A DNA stretch of 63,287 nucleotides, counting the filler, from Phoronis australis (lineage: Eukaryota > Animalia > Phoronida): assembly GCA_002633005.1 (NCBI GenBank). It is 7 parts of 7 records of this genome, joined end to end, with 100 filler letters (N's around TTAATTAATTAA, not from the genome) between each part and the next. Parts side by side here need not be neighbours in the genome. Positions count along the whole stretch, not along the records: positions 1 to 21,757 come from NMRA01000644.1; positions 21,858 to 30,845 come from NMRA01001369.1; 5 more parts are not named here. One strand, written 5' to 3'. Both the position numbers and the translations under genes were made by a program. The notes beneath the pieces were generated by a model that worked only from the letters and a program-made list of their open reading frames with translations, made no database searches and had not been told where the DNA came from. Each line of letters starts with the position of its first letter. Position 1 is the stretch's first letter. Positions 12,681 through 25,300 of the stretch are shown piece by piece.

Positions 12681-13090
12681 GTTTCAAACGGTTACCTGGC
12701 GGATAAATCGGGCACAATTCAGATATTTGGTCGTGTGTGGCGGGGCTTGACTTGTCTCGCTGTGTTTATTCATGATTCATGGGCTTACGTAGAACAATTT
12801 GGAACTGGTTTCATGCGGTTACCTCATGGGTTGATTTACCTCAAATTTTATCCCTTTCTTTAGACGTCTGGTAGGGACACCTCACCGCTAAAATTGTCTG
12901 GCACCTAACTGTTTTTCCATGTACAGTGATGCTGAACATCGCACAATTGCTTTCAAACGGTTACTTGGTGGGTTGATCTAGCTAAACTCGGGTATTTGGG
13001 CGTGCCTGGTGGGGCTAACCCACAACTAGATTTTTCTGGCAGTGTTCATTCGTGATAACTGGCCTCATGGTGATTATTTTACAACTGGTT
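12681..13090. repeat. Old degenerate direct duplication (~270-bp period)
   Basis: tttcaaacggttac.tgg...tatttgg.cgtg...gg.ggggct...gtgtt.attc.tgat recurs at ~12682 and ~12951. Confidence 0.45.
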
Positions 13091-13566
13091 TTAAGCATCA
13101 ACCAGTATGGCTTTCGTAAGGAGTGATTGCAAATTCTGTAACACTTGAAATTGACCTCGATTCACCGCACTGTGAAAGAATGATAAAACATCTCCAAGCA
13201 TTCGATGCAGAAATTTTGAAATGGTGTATAATATATGCACATTGTTAGTAATTTGAAGAAAAAAAACCACACGTTGTTTAAGGGGCAGAATTTTTAGGGG
13301 TTTGTATAGCGAGGGTGCAGTATTGGAAGTGGTCGACCATGTAGGAAAAGAAAGCAAACCACCAGAATTAAGACAACAAAATCCTTAATTTTGTGATTTT
13401 GCTAAAACTCGCCAACTGTGGTGTGCCTTAAAACCAATGAAATTAAGACCGGCGATGACTTTTCCAGGTTTGTACCCTGGCGTATAATTAGTGCAATATC
13501 GCTCAGCAACAGGGTAAGACCGTTTTTTGGGTTCAAAAATCCATAATTAGCCAGTGACAGGCACTG

Positions 13567-13953
13567 ACTTGGAAATGCAGTTCAGGCTGAAAAGGTGCTT
13601 ACAACACATTTAAAAAACTTAAGTTTTTTATAAACATAAGCTCTGAAAACTAAAGTTTTTCAAAAATTTAAGTTTTTCAAAAACCTATGTTCTAAAAACA
13701 ATTTTTGTCCAAATCACTTGTTCCAAAATACTTAGTTTTTTTGCCAAAAATTTAAGTTTTCGTGATTGAAAAACTGAAGTTTTCAATCACGAAAACTTAA
13801 TTTTTTGGCAAACAATAAGTATTTTGGAATGAGTATTTTCAACAAACCTAAGTTTTCATAACTTAAATATTTTGAACAAGTTTTAGGAACTATCTCAAGT
13901 TATCAAAACTAATGTTTTCAAGGAACTAATTTGAGAACTCACGTTTTCCAAGT
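13567..13953. mobile_element. AT-rich foldback palindrome built from AAAACTTAAGTTTT units
   Basis: Near-perfect central hairpin 13740-13811 (tttgccaaaaatttaagttttcgtgattgaaaa / ttttcaatcacgaaaacttaattttttggcaaa). The arms extend outwards, with termini acttggaaa / tttccaagt. Confidence 0.65.
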
Positions 13954-14792
13954 GCAATAAGTTTCAATAAGACAGGCATTCAGGAAATTCGATTTTCATT
14001 AAATTAAACAAGAGTGGAGAACAGTAACAAGTTTAATGATTTCCATACATCATTTAACAAAAAATAGAGTTCTCTTCACATTTTATTAACAGTGATTAAT
14101 TGCAGAAAATAAAATACACTTCCTCAAAATACATTAATACCTTAGAATAAGTGATTACGTGTAAAATGCAAAAACCTCACAAACTAGAAACATTTCAGGA
14201 ATCAGTTCAATTGCCATAAATACAATGCAATGAAACTAAATAAGACTTAAGATATATTCATTCATGCATCGTTCTCAGTCTTTGACAATATATGAGAATT
14301 GAGGAATATAAATGGAATGTACATACAGATAAATTACTACCAAATCACGAAACAACAGAAGAGAAAATGATTACATGGCCAGGTAGGATTACAACAACAG
14401 CCTATGCTTTGTCAGCAGGTACTTTTTCTACTAAAATTGCAACAATGACACCAGGAATAACAAATCACTTAAAATGCAAATCCAAGAATATCCTCAAAAA
14501 CACGAGCATAAAAAAGTTACAGGTAACTGAGAGCTTATCGGCAATGGGAACAGATGCGATTTTGGGAACTACAATCCTTATGCTAGAAATAGTGCCTACA
14601 ATTAACTATCAAAGGTTTCAACTGTTAAAAATATCAATTTAAAAGTTAAAGTTTCATTTTTTTAAAATCATATTATTACGAAATCCAGTACACCCCATGG
14701 TGGGAACAAGCTTCACTGAAAGTAATCCCATGTACAACCAGGTTATACGAGGTGGAAATTAGAAAACTGAGACATTCAATTACAATTACCTC

Positions 14793-14832
<40 letters not shown>
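14793..14832. repeat. (AT)n microsatellite
   Basis: Direct dinucleotide run. Confidence 0.95.
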
Positions 14833-14834
<2 letters not shown>

Positions 14835-16081
14835 TACACCACAAGCCACTTACTCTTCTGCAGATGCATATGCTCGTTTAGCTTCATAGGTAAATAATCC
14901 ATGTTTTGTGCCCACTGTCAGATGATTGACTGTGGGTTTGTTTAAAAGTTAGCTATGCTTTGAGATTGTGCTTAGATGTAGAACGAATAATGAAATCCAG
15001 TAATTAATTGATTATATGATAACCCCTAATTAGACAAATGAAACTTATTGTTAATTAAGTAATCAACTACAAAGAATAACTACGCTAGCGCCCTCTTTAA
15101 AGATTACCTTAATCAAACAACCAAAACGATCAAATGTCTTATCTGCTATCCAACCTAGGACTCTCCACTTGTTGGATGTCTGTCTTGTTGGTGAATCTTC
15201 GAACTACACTTCCCAAGTAAGATCAATGTTTTCACAATCTTATGTTGCACACCATTTGATAAAAAATGATAACATGTATATTTCATTAACCAAAGTTAAA
15301 TTGGACCCTAAAATTTTTGCAGAATTTTAAATCAATTACATTCCTATGAATTAATGTAGGAACCGAGAGGTGTTGTGTTGGTGACTTTCCAAAAAGAGTA
15401 TATTCGTATTTTAAAATGTTTTGATGCACTGTAGCGAGTTTAGTTTTAACCCTGGAAAGGTCAAATTGGTTCTTGAAAAATGTTCCGAAAATGGAAATGG
15501 TGAGATAAAGTAAAACAGGACATTTTCTCATATTTTTATTGAAAAATAAAAAGTGTACACTCACGATTGAAAGCAGAATTTTTAGCAGTTTGGTATAAGT
15601 ATCATTAAAATTGGTTCAGTAACAGCCAATTAGCAGCTGAATGTTTGACTCCTACTGTAAGTCACAAGAATTAACCTCTGAGTGAAAAATATGTGTGGTG
15701 CTCGCTTTACTTCAATTTTAAAAATACTCATTAATGCCCAAATATTTTGTAATGGATATCAATGGAAAGAAAAAAAATAAGTATTTCACTGGCATAATTT
15801 TCATTTTACAACACGTAGCATGATAATAGATATGAGCTTGTGAATATTATGAAAAATGGCGAAATTTCACTCTTGCTGAATTTCCGCCAAATTGGTTTGC
15901 CCACCCTAACTCTATACATGTATATACGCATCGGCTGTTTGGGAACATTTTTGTGCTTGACCGCAGATTTTTTTGCAAACTCGCTGGAGCAGGACACTTT
16001 GAATATGGTATTAGAAGAAAGAACAATTGCTAAAGGTTTGTTGAAACACTATTGTGTTTTGTGTTTGAAGTGGACGTTCTA

Positions 16082-16500
16082 AGTGGAGCACCCGTGGAAT
16101 TCCTTGTCCCCAGTGTCATTCCTTGAAGTATTATATACAGAAGCTGAGGACACTTCTGATTTCCTCATGGTTTGCTGAACCCTTGTTTTGTGTAAATTTA
16201 TTTTGAGTTTTGCGTTTCATATGGACGGCTTTAGTGACCCAGTGAAGCACACGTGAAATTTTAGACCTAAGTGTCATACTGTGGGGTATATATTTATGGT
16301 GTATTGGGTACGATCAGGAGCTGAGGAAATCTGTGACCTATAATACAGGCGTCCTCAGCCTCTGAGTCTGACCGTCCCAAATACACTATAATACAAAAAC
16401 TTCGGACACTCGATTTTTGTGTGAAGTGAAGCACTCATGGAATTCCTAGTTCCAAGTGTAATGCTTTGTGGTATTATATAGTGTATTGAGGATGATGAAA
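16082..16500. repeat. Three degenerate ~160-185-bp tandem units
   Basis: gtg(g/a)agcac.c.tg.aatt...agtgt.at...gtat.at at ~16083, ~16242 and ~16425. Confidence 0.5.
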
Positions 16501-19500
16501 AATTGAGGATGCCTGTGATTTACAACACGGACCAAGGAATTTCCGGTGACCCATGAATTAACCATATAAGAAACATAAGGATTGGACACTTAAATTTTGT
16601 CAAGACTTGGTTGCCAGCTTCAGCTGTTCTAAATCCAAGTAAAGTCTGAGTGCACCTCCCTCTGACTAATATTCCATAAACAGGGATATTCCTGACCACA
16701 TTTGAGCCTGTCCCCTTTGGGTGCCTCTGATGGTGTCTTTTTAAAAAATGTTGTGTCCGGCAGACTTGGTGTAATTAAGTGGTACCATATGAAACAAACC
16801 TCAAGGGCATTGAAAATTAGAACACGGTCGTGCTATCGCAAAAGTCGTGAACAGGAAATCATAATTTACAATCATATATTGGAAAATGTTAACTGCATGT
16901 TCACTCATTTTAATGAAATCTACAACATTACCCGTGAGTTGTACGGCTGTAAGTTGATTAATAGAACCTTGCATTTTGGAAGAGTTCGGTTTAAAAGATG
17001 CGCCATGGGGTGGCATTACTGCAATGTGCTTGTGCCCTTTTGTATGCACTAATACCACAAATGCGCATCCAGGAAATATGCCTGCATAAACATCATATAC
17101 CTTCTTTCCTTGATTCCTTTGAACTGTTCATGTTGTGAAATGGTTACTCTGAATTCAAGGAGGCTAAATAGCTAACATGGCGGATTTTACTTGTGCTTAA
17201 ACTTTTACATGTACGCCTGTGGCAGATCAAATATTGAGTTTGTGCAAGCAACACGTGTCAAAATCAAAAAAATTGTATGCAATTTAGACTTCCATCTACC
17301 TGTAATTTGCACCAACTTGTACCTCGTTTTATCACTTACTAGTTACCTAGAATTTAAATGCAATGTGTTCGACCTTGACATTATGGACTACTCGTGTTTG
17401 AAAAGCAACGTACACTTGGCTTTGGTTGAGATTTCTGATGTCAGACCATAGGTTTAGTTACAGGAAATTAACTATCGGCAACTGCCGGTTTTCGCAGTAA
17501 TCCTAAGTTAGTGATTTTGTGGTTTTAAACAAGGTCATTTTATAAACTCAGACTTTAAGTACATTCAAATCGAAAATAAATTATGTAAGCGACACTCAAC
17601 TAGCATTCGTGGGCAGGCTAAAACAGAGCTTCTGAATTGCTTCGGCACTGGCTGTGAAAAATCTGGTTTTGTATGAAGCTCGGCTGCCATGAACGTCAAA
17701 AACTAAACTTGATGGGCTTCCACGTTTCTGTTTGCAAATCACCACACGAAGGCAGTTTAATATGATAAAGTAAAAGAAGGTATTTAAAAATTAGTTTGGT
17801 GTTGATTTCGTTAAGTTCCATGCACATTTGAGTAGAAAATACTGAGCAATCCATTTTTAAAGTCCAACCATTATTTTTGTTATGTAGCCCAGTGAGTGAC
17901 CTCATTGGTGATCGAGGAACAGATATACTCAAGTGTTTGGTTTTATTTGCCAGTTTCGCGCCAGCATGACTCTATATGACTTTCTTTAAAGTATGGTAAC
18001 AAAGAATATTTCTGGCTAAGCAATTGAAAATAGTTCCTGAGCATCAGTCTTCATGAAGCACCTGCTAGTATAGAAAAATTGAGAACATTGAGAGGCTGAG
18101 ACACAGACTCTAAGGGTGTGTGCGTTGGGGGGGGGGCTTCTCTTCGGCTGATTTTTTTGTTTATTTACGTAACTTTTTTAAGACTTTCTACATTGAATTA
18201 GTTAAGTACAGAGTTTACATAGCTGATCTAGAGATGAAGGGAACTTGAAAATTGGCTTCTGTAACCTGTTTCTACCCTGCAAAGTTGCTTTAGTTAAGTT
18301 TGAATTGGATCTCCGAAGCTATGCTGTGGGGCTTTAAAGATGGTTATGAACCTTCATCTATTTTGTATATCCCCATTTTACATGTTTTATCTTATTTTAT
18401 TTGTTTTACAACGAAACTCCAAATGCCCAAATATCAAAATCCAAAACAATGCGGGCTATTGGTTATCTTATGAAATGTAAACAATCCCCGTTTTGTTGCT
18501 ATGTTACTTCTTTGACAACATTGCTAACCTTGTGCAAGCGGGCATCGTTTATAAGAAGGGGCACTCAGCCTCGTCTCCGAGCCTCAAGATGGTTCTGATC
18601 AGTTAAACCATTTGAGGCTTCGTAATGGGAAATGAAATGTTTCAGAAGTTTTACAGAAATTGCCGAAATGTCAAACGTAATTTCAAAATTTTCTGCAGTT
18701 TTATATAAAAATAAAACTAATGGTATATTGTAGCAATTTAGATCCAAATTATTGAAAAAATTATGTATTTTGATTCAAAAACAGATTAATACTATTCACA
18801 AATAAGAATTGAAAATATGTACAACCTTTATTTCAGACAATAACTAAAACAATGCCTTCTGTAGCATGAATGGCTGCAATGTGAAAATAATTACCATCTG
18901 TCTTTGTTCAATGACGTAAAGGCATCGGTCAATCATTGTGCAGAAAGTAATTCCCATAACCAAGCCTCAGATGCCATAAGCGACATCTTGAGGCTTGGAA
19001 ACAAAGTTGAAAAGATCACATCTGCGTAAATTGTGTGTAAACACAGAGCAAAACCATCAAGTGGTGCTCATAAGACATTTTCTAACAGATTGTGAAGTAT
19101 TGTTTAGAAATTTTGTAAATAGTAACAAAATACAAGGAACTGAAGTCCTACAACCAGCTGTAATACTTGTGTTAAGAAAGGATGAAACATTTACATGTAT
19201 ATCTTGCAAATCATACATTTCAATTAAATTTCGTATTGGAAAGGTATACAGTGTCTTTAGGTAATTCTTGTTATGCATAACTTATCTGGAAAATGTTTAG
19301 TGGAGTCTTTTAGTTTGTACTCTAAGATGCTAATCAGGGTTTGTTTTATTTCAGGGATTGTGATCAAGGAGCACAGTAATGCTAATGCAAACTTTGTAGT
19401 AAAAGAGGCACCATGTTCCGAAACGCTGGAGACAAGGAGGGAGGGCGAAGACTGAGTAAAGCTGCAAGTCCACTAATAAGCCTGGGACAGTTTTGTGCAA

Positions 19501-19714
19501 AATAAATAGTTGCTTAGTTGTTATTTAGATAATTCATAATTTTTGTAAGTACTTTACCTGAGCACTTTCATAGTATTAAAAGTATTAAAGAACAAGAGTC
19601 GTTTCTTTTTGTAAGTCACAGCTGCACATGCAATAGGATTGAAATGACCAACAAAGCGAACGTTGTTAGAGTTAAAAACCTGAAGCATTGAAATAAAACA
19701 AATCTGTTGTTATA

Positions 19715-20094
19715 CCCACAAACATTAATATTCCTGCATTAGGCCTGTAAAGGCAACATTAGTGGTTCAATATTGGCACTGTACTGGCCCACCACTGCTC
19801 TTTCGCCTAAGTAATTAGTGTACTGGCTTAACATGAGCCCATCAATTGCCCTGTACTGGGCCAACACAGTATGTTAATACTGGCCCTTAACATGGCCGAA
19901 ACCGGTTATCAGTGTACTGGCTCAGTAATGGCGTGCTACTGGTCCTTTACTGGCTCTATATCGCAATCTTGTACCAAGCCCAATACGGGGAAGGTGCGCA
20001 GCATCTTATTGGGTCAGTACTGGCCTACATCATTCGGCCAATACAGAAGACAGTTCAGGGCCAATATTGGCCCAGTACCTGCATGTTTACTGGG
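19715..20094. mobile_element. Non-autonomous DNA element with CCCA..AAACAT / ATGTTTACTGGG termini
   Basis: Imperfect TIRs; the interior carries many gtactggc/tattggc motifs. Confidence 0.55.
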
Positions 20095-21757
20095 GAGTGG
20101 CTGACAGCCTGACAATATCAACTGAACTTACTCGTCGGATATCAATCACAGCAACGACTGGGGCCATTTAATTTTAGACCGCTCTCTGGCAGTAACCTGA
20201 CTTCGGTAATAGTGATAAAGATGGCTCCCTATAGACCCCACCAATTAACTTTTTTCGGTATATATAGTTGATATCTTCAAGTTGGGTACCAATACATGTA
20301 CTTTCTAGGCAAAGCCTACACTCTCTTTGCGACGTTACTCTTGCTTTAAAACACCCAGTCTTGCACAAATATGAACAAATTTCCCGTACTCGATTCTCTC
20401 GGGTAGGCCTACTGACGCCATTTTTCAAAGTAAGAGAACGCACGTCGTGTAATAACCACCAAGCCACTACAAGATTGTTAACTTAGACTTATACTAAAAC
20501 CACCGTGTAGGCTGCAGAATTACCAAATTCGCTGATCAAGATGAATAGGTGGTCCCCACCAACCACCGCTACAAAAGCTTAATTTAACTCAAATAAAACG
20601 TATGGTCGTATGTATAACTTTCATCCGCATGGACCACGCAGTTGAACGTGGTCGTCGTGTATGAAATGGGTCCGCCGACCACGCTGCTGACGAAAGGGTT
20701 GTCGTATGAACGAAAATTGTTTCCAGACCACAGGCACTCTCTATGTTACTTAAACCACGTGGTCGTACGGTCGAAGATTATCCGTCGGTTCCACGCCTGC
20801 TCTAAGATTCATGTACTTCATAGCACGTGGTAGTTTGGACGAAAAATGCCTGCCCGACAAAAAGCGTTCTGACACTCGCGCAAAATTGCGTCGGGTCGGT
20901 GAGGACGAAAATTAACAGCCCCGTCCGCCTTCCCACAGTCATTTAAAAGGGAACTGTAATTTATTCTGAATAAATTCTGGATAGTTTTCTATGAATTGTT
21001 GATTAATTTCACAAATAATTCAACACCAAAAATTAAACTTATATTCTCTGAAGAAGCTAAAAAATTTACCGGCTTGGTCTCTGCTTAGTCTCGTGACGTA
21101 TTTGGCGGGGGCAAAGTCACTGTCCTGTGTTAGCATGCAATCAATTAGCGTTCTTCATATTGTCGGAATAAGAAATTTTAGTGTGAAATGTCGGGTCACC
21201 AGGGATACCTGTTTGAGCCGAGGCAACACAAAGTAATACCCAGTCATCGTCATCGTCAGACGAAAATTTGCCGGTGCAACTGGTGTCAGTGACTGCGCCG
21301 AGGGCAATGTGGACTCTAGCCACCCAGTCAGCCAGCTGTCAGCCAATACTCCGGGAGCTCTGTAAACTTGAAGGGTTGGTAAGTTACCTACTGTAGCTGT
21401 ATGAAGACTATCGTACCACTGTGTGTTGAGCTCCGTTAACCCCGAAATTTCAGACAGCCGTTGACTACCCAAGTATAGTTGACTCAGTTATGCTCGTCAC
21501 CTCGTCGTAAAACTTAGGCTACATCAACATATAAAGCTAACGGACCGGCGGGGGCGCATGCAAAATCTGGTATAGTCACCCGACACTCCCATTGTTCGTT
21601 GCAGCCGTTTAAATGGAAAACAATCAAATAAACGTCATTTGGTAGCATAATTTGCCGCCTTTTTAACAAAGAAGTGTGTCGTCCGTTTCAAGAACAGCAC
21701 GCTCGTGACACGGCGCACGCGCCATTTCATAAAAATTTGAGACGTCTTTCGGGACAT

Positions 21758-21857
21758 NNNNNNNNNNNNNNNNNNNNNNNNNNNNNNNNNNNNNNNNNNN
21801 NTTAATTAATTAANNNNNNNNNNNNNNNNNNNNNNNNNNNNNNNNNNNNNNNNNNNN
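21758..21857. other. Artificial contig linker
   Basis: 44 N + TTAATTAATTAA (stops in all six frames) + 44 N. Confidence 0.97.
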
Positions 21858-24412
21858 CGTTATGTCAAAAGCATGAATATCATGAAATGCTTTGTTGGCC
21901 ATTCATGTGGATTTATAGAAGAATCGTTTATAGTAAAAATGACACACAATTTTCAAATTGGAATGAATAATTAATTATCATTTCAAAAAATTATCAAAAG
22001 TTGGTTGAAAAGGAGTACATTTTGCCAGTTTTAACACCTAGTGTAACTTGTGCCTCAAATTTAACACAAGTTGGAAATGACCAATTCTGATAATTGCATT
22101 GCAGTGTATGGATAGGATTAAAGCATGTATTACTACATTTTCTCTTTCAACTTCTCCCTACTCAAGAGTATTTTCGTAAGAAATTCTATCTCAACAAGAG
22201 TATGATACTATACATACAGAGTTAGAAAAAGGTGGGAATCTAAAAGCAAATTAATGAGTGAGATAGTGAAGACAGATAGAGGGCGCCACAGGAACTGCAT
22301 TCAGATGACAAAAAAACAGCACTATTGGATTCATGCAGACATTATGCATTGCATAAGTGTTAATGTGGCCCCTAACTAGTGTGACTGTGATAGATTCACC
22401 ACTTGATAGAGTGACTGTCTACATGAAGGAGTGTAATCAGGGCCCTCAGTCATCCCAGTAGAAAGGTGCCTATGCCTTCTAAAATGGGAAATTTTTGAGG
22501 TGAGGGGAAGTCTACCTCCCAATCACCATTAATGACACCCCCACCCTGCTGCAAGCCCTCATAGGCTTTGCCTGAAATAGCTAGGCAAGACTAACATTTT
22601 GTGCTCTTTCAAATTGTCACCTGTGTGGGTTAAAAGTGATTCGAAACCCAAGGAGAATTTTTCAATCACTCGACAGGAATTTTTGGGTCTCGCAAGGGGA
22701 ATTTCACATGATTTCTCAATATTTTCAGTGGGGAATGGAACCGATATTCGTACCCAAAATCGAGGGATTGAGGGCCCTGGTAATGTTTCTACACAATAAT
22801 ATTACACCCTATTTGATATGTTGGATATCACAGTTATTGCACAGCTGCACACCATGGATGTAAGATAACTAAAACTGCATACGTGATTTTGTCATAACTG
22901 ATTTCAAATGAAACACAAGACACCAACTAAAACAGTTTCAAAAATTAAAATGCATTCACTAAAATGCAATCATACCAAATATCAAACTTCATACCAACCC
23001 TGTAACTTGAAGAGCATTGGTGTTAAGTGTGAGCTTTTCATACAGGCTCAAGGTAGTTAGTGGACATAGAAGTAATCACAGTATGATGTATGGGACATCC
23101 CAGTTCTTGCAAAATGGCAGTTTGAAAATACTATACAGGCGTAATTTTTTAAAATTTGAAATATCGTATAGATGAACGAACACCAAATGAAATGAAAGAC
23201 TTATAGTGATAGAACATTCAGTATTAGGAAAAATAATACCAAATAATGCCACAACAAAACATGCCGTTACTGACAGCGACACCTGCCAATAACTTCCCTG
23301 TTCACCATTCATANTAATTTCTGTTGTTTCATAATACAATTCACCTGTGCCAGCAACAAAGGTAAGTGTGCCTTGCTGCACAACAACACTTCAATTAACT
23401 GTTGCGACAGTTTCTTAGGGGTTGCCTTACCGAAAACGACATAAACAAAGTCAGTAAAACAGTGACCTTTTCAAAAATTATTTAATGTTTCTCATGAGGA
23501 GTTACTATACAATCATCCATTTAAATGTCTGCATGTACTGAATTGTGATAATCTCTGCACCACATATGAGCCTTCTTGCAGTTTCAAATTAGAAATGTAC
23601 TTGAAAAGAGTTAAATATTTCCATTTAATTTGCTTAAAGTAACTTTTGAAAATACCTGGAAACTGGGCTGAAAATTAATAATTCTTCTAAATTGATAAAA
23701 AATAATTAGAACTGTACCCTTCACAGAACTGCTTTGCAGTATTCCATAAATGAGATTGTGGACTTAAACTAGCAGACTTGTATGTTACAGAATCCTGTTC
23801 TGAGCGAAATGCTGCAGTTAGAAAGATAAATCACTAAAAACTATAGATACAATGATATTGTTATTTTTTGGCAAACCGTCACATACTGCGAGTCATTTAT
23901 ATCCATTATAATAGAGATACTTAGGATATATGCAAATATGATATCCATACAGTGTCACAGTTCTGTGAAACACACATGATTTCTTTAAACAATTAAGAAA
24001 TGCAAACTGATGTTTTTTTAAATAATGACTGTACTTTCATGATGGAATGATAAAACTTTGAAATTGTCAGAACTGCATAATAGTAAAACAGCATTGAATT
24101 TAATTGATACCACTAAAAAATAACAATATGTTATTGATATCATGACTAATCAATATCATATTGTATGGTTAGTTCTTAATAGTGTGTAATTACTGTACAT
24201 AATCAATATTGCTGTATTACTTCTATTAACATTAAAATTAGACCTGCTTTATAACATTATTCCGCTAAATAACACGTTGTTCTACAAGTCTCAGGCTAAC
24301 TAATTCTGTATTCAAGTTGATTTGGTTATTTCAAACTTCATTTAAACAAACTTTTTAGAATAGTCCAGTAAGGCTCATTGAAGCTCAGGTTGACTATATA
24401 TCATCCAGTGTG

Positions 24413-24606
24413 AATAATAACAATCATCATCATTATACATATATTTATATCACATTATTAGCGTCAAACGGCAAATACAACCGTGTAACAACCCATAAAG
24501 TCATCTCACTAGTGAGATAACGATTTGGCGGGAAACCGAGGACGGGGTCGAACACGGGACCCTGGAATTGCTGGTCGCCGACTTTACCACTACACCACGC
24601 AGCGAC
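24413..24606 (-). mobile_element. tRNA-derived SINE
   Basis: Pol III A box TGGTGTAGTGGT (24597-24586) and B box GTGTTCGACCCC (24555-24544) at tRNA-like spacing. Acceptor and anticodon stems do not pair, and a short body ends in an (ATG)n/AT-rich tail. Confidence 0.65.
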
Positions 24607-25150
24607 TGACGTCACCAAGAGTGAAAATAGAATACTTAAATGAGCATGCGCAATAATCCCATGTTCAACAAATCGCATTGTACTGTACTTATACGCTACG
24701 AAAAATAAGACACATAATTTCCATGAAAATGATATCTTAATTCGGTGAAATTTTTCTCTCATGTCCTCTTACTTGTAAATCACTGATCTCTAGTTTGAAT
24801 GCGGGTATCGTGTCGTCAGGATCTTTGACTTGAGAATTATATTCAGTTACCAGTGGTAACCTACTTTAGCAGACGATAATTTCCCGGTTGAAGCTTAGCG
24901 TGAAAAAAACGTGTTTTAAGCTATAATAGTTGGTAAACCTTCATTTATAAATTCAATTTATTTCTATAATATTTAAGTTTTCAATTGGTTATGAGTAAAA
25001 GCATTATTTGACAAAAATAGCCGGGCTTTTCTTAAAAGGTCACGACCTCCGACCCCGGGCCTCTGACATAGAAAGTAGTTACTAAGCCGTGGAGAGTCAG
25101 AAAAGGTAAATCGATTAATTGCAATGTTTCTTGTTTAGTATATGGTATAA

Positions 25151-25300
25151 ATAGATTATTTCATGTTCTCAGCCGTTATCCCCCTTATCTAGAGCCCTCG
25201 TGGATTTTGGAGAATTATCACCCTCGGGGCTAATGCCCCTCGGGCGATAATTCTCCAAAATCCAAACGGGGGATAACGACTTTGCTATGTAATAATCTAT
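25151..25300. mobile_element. ~150-bp nested palindromic MITE
   Basis: Three nested inverted pairs: atagattatt/aataatctat, gttatccccc/gggggataac and tggattttggagaattatcaccc/gggcgataattctccaaaatcca. Confidence 0.75.

Noticed and set aside
14292-14642. 116-aa ORF
   Set aside because: A-rich low-complexity sequence with no motif or splice context.
20945-21757. TTAA-type terminus followed by GC-richer sequence with faint THAP-like peptides
   Set aside because: Probably another transposon end, but the motifs are too degraded to call.
24525-24606. Functional tRNA gene
   Set aside because: A and B boxes are present but the acceptor and anticodon stems do not pair; treated as a SINE head.
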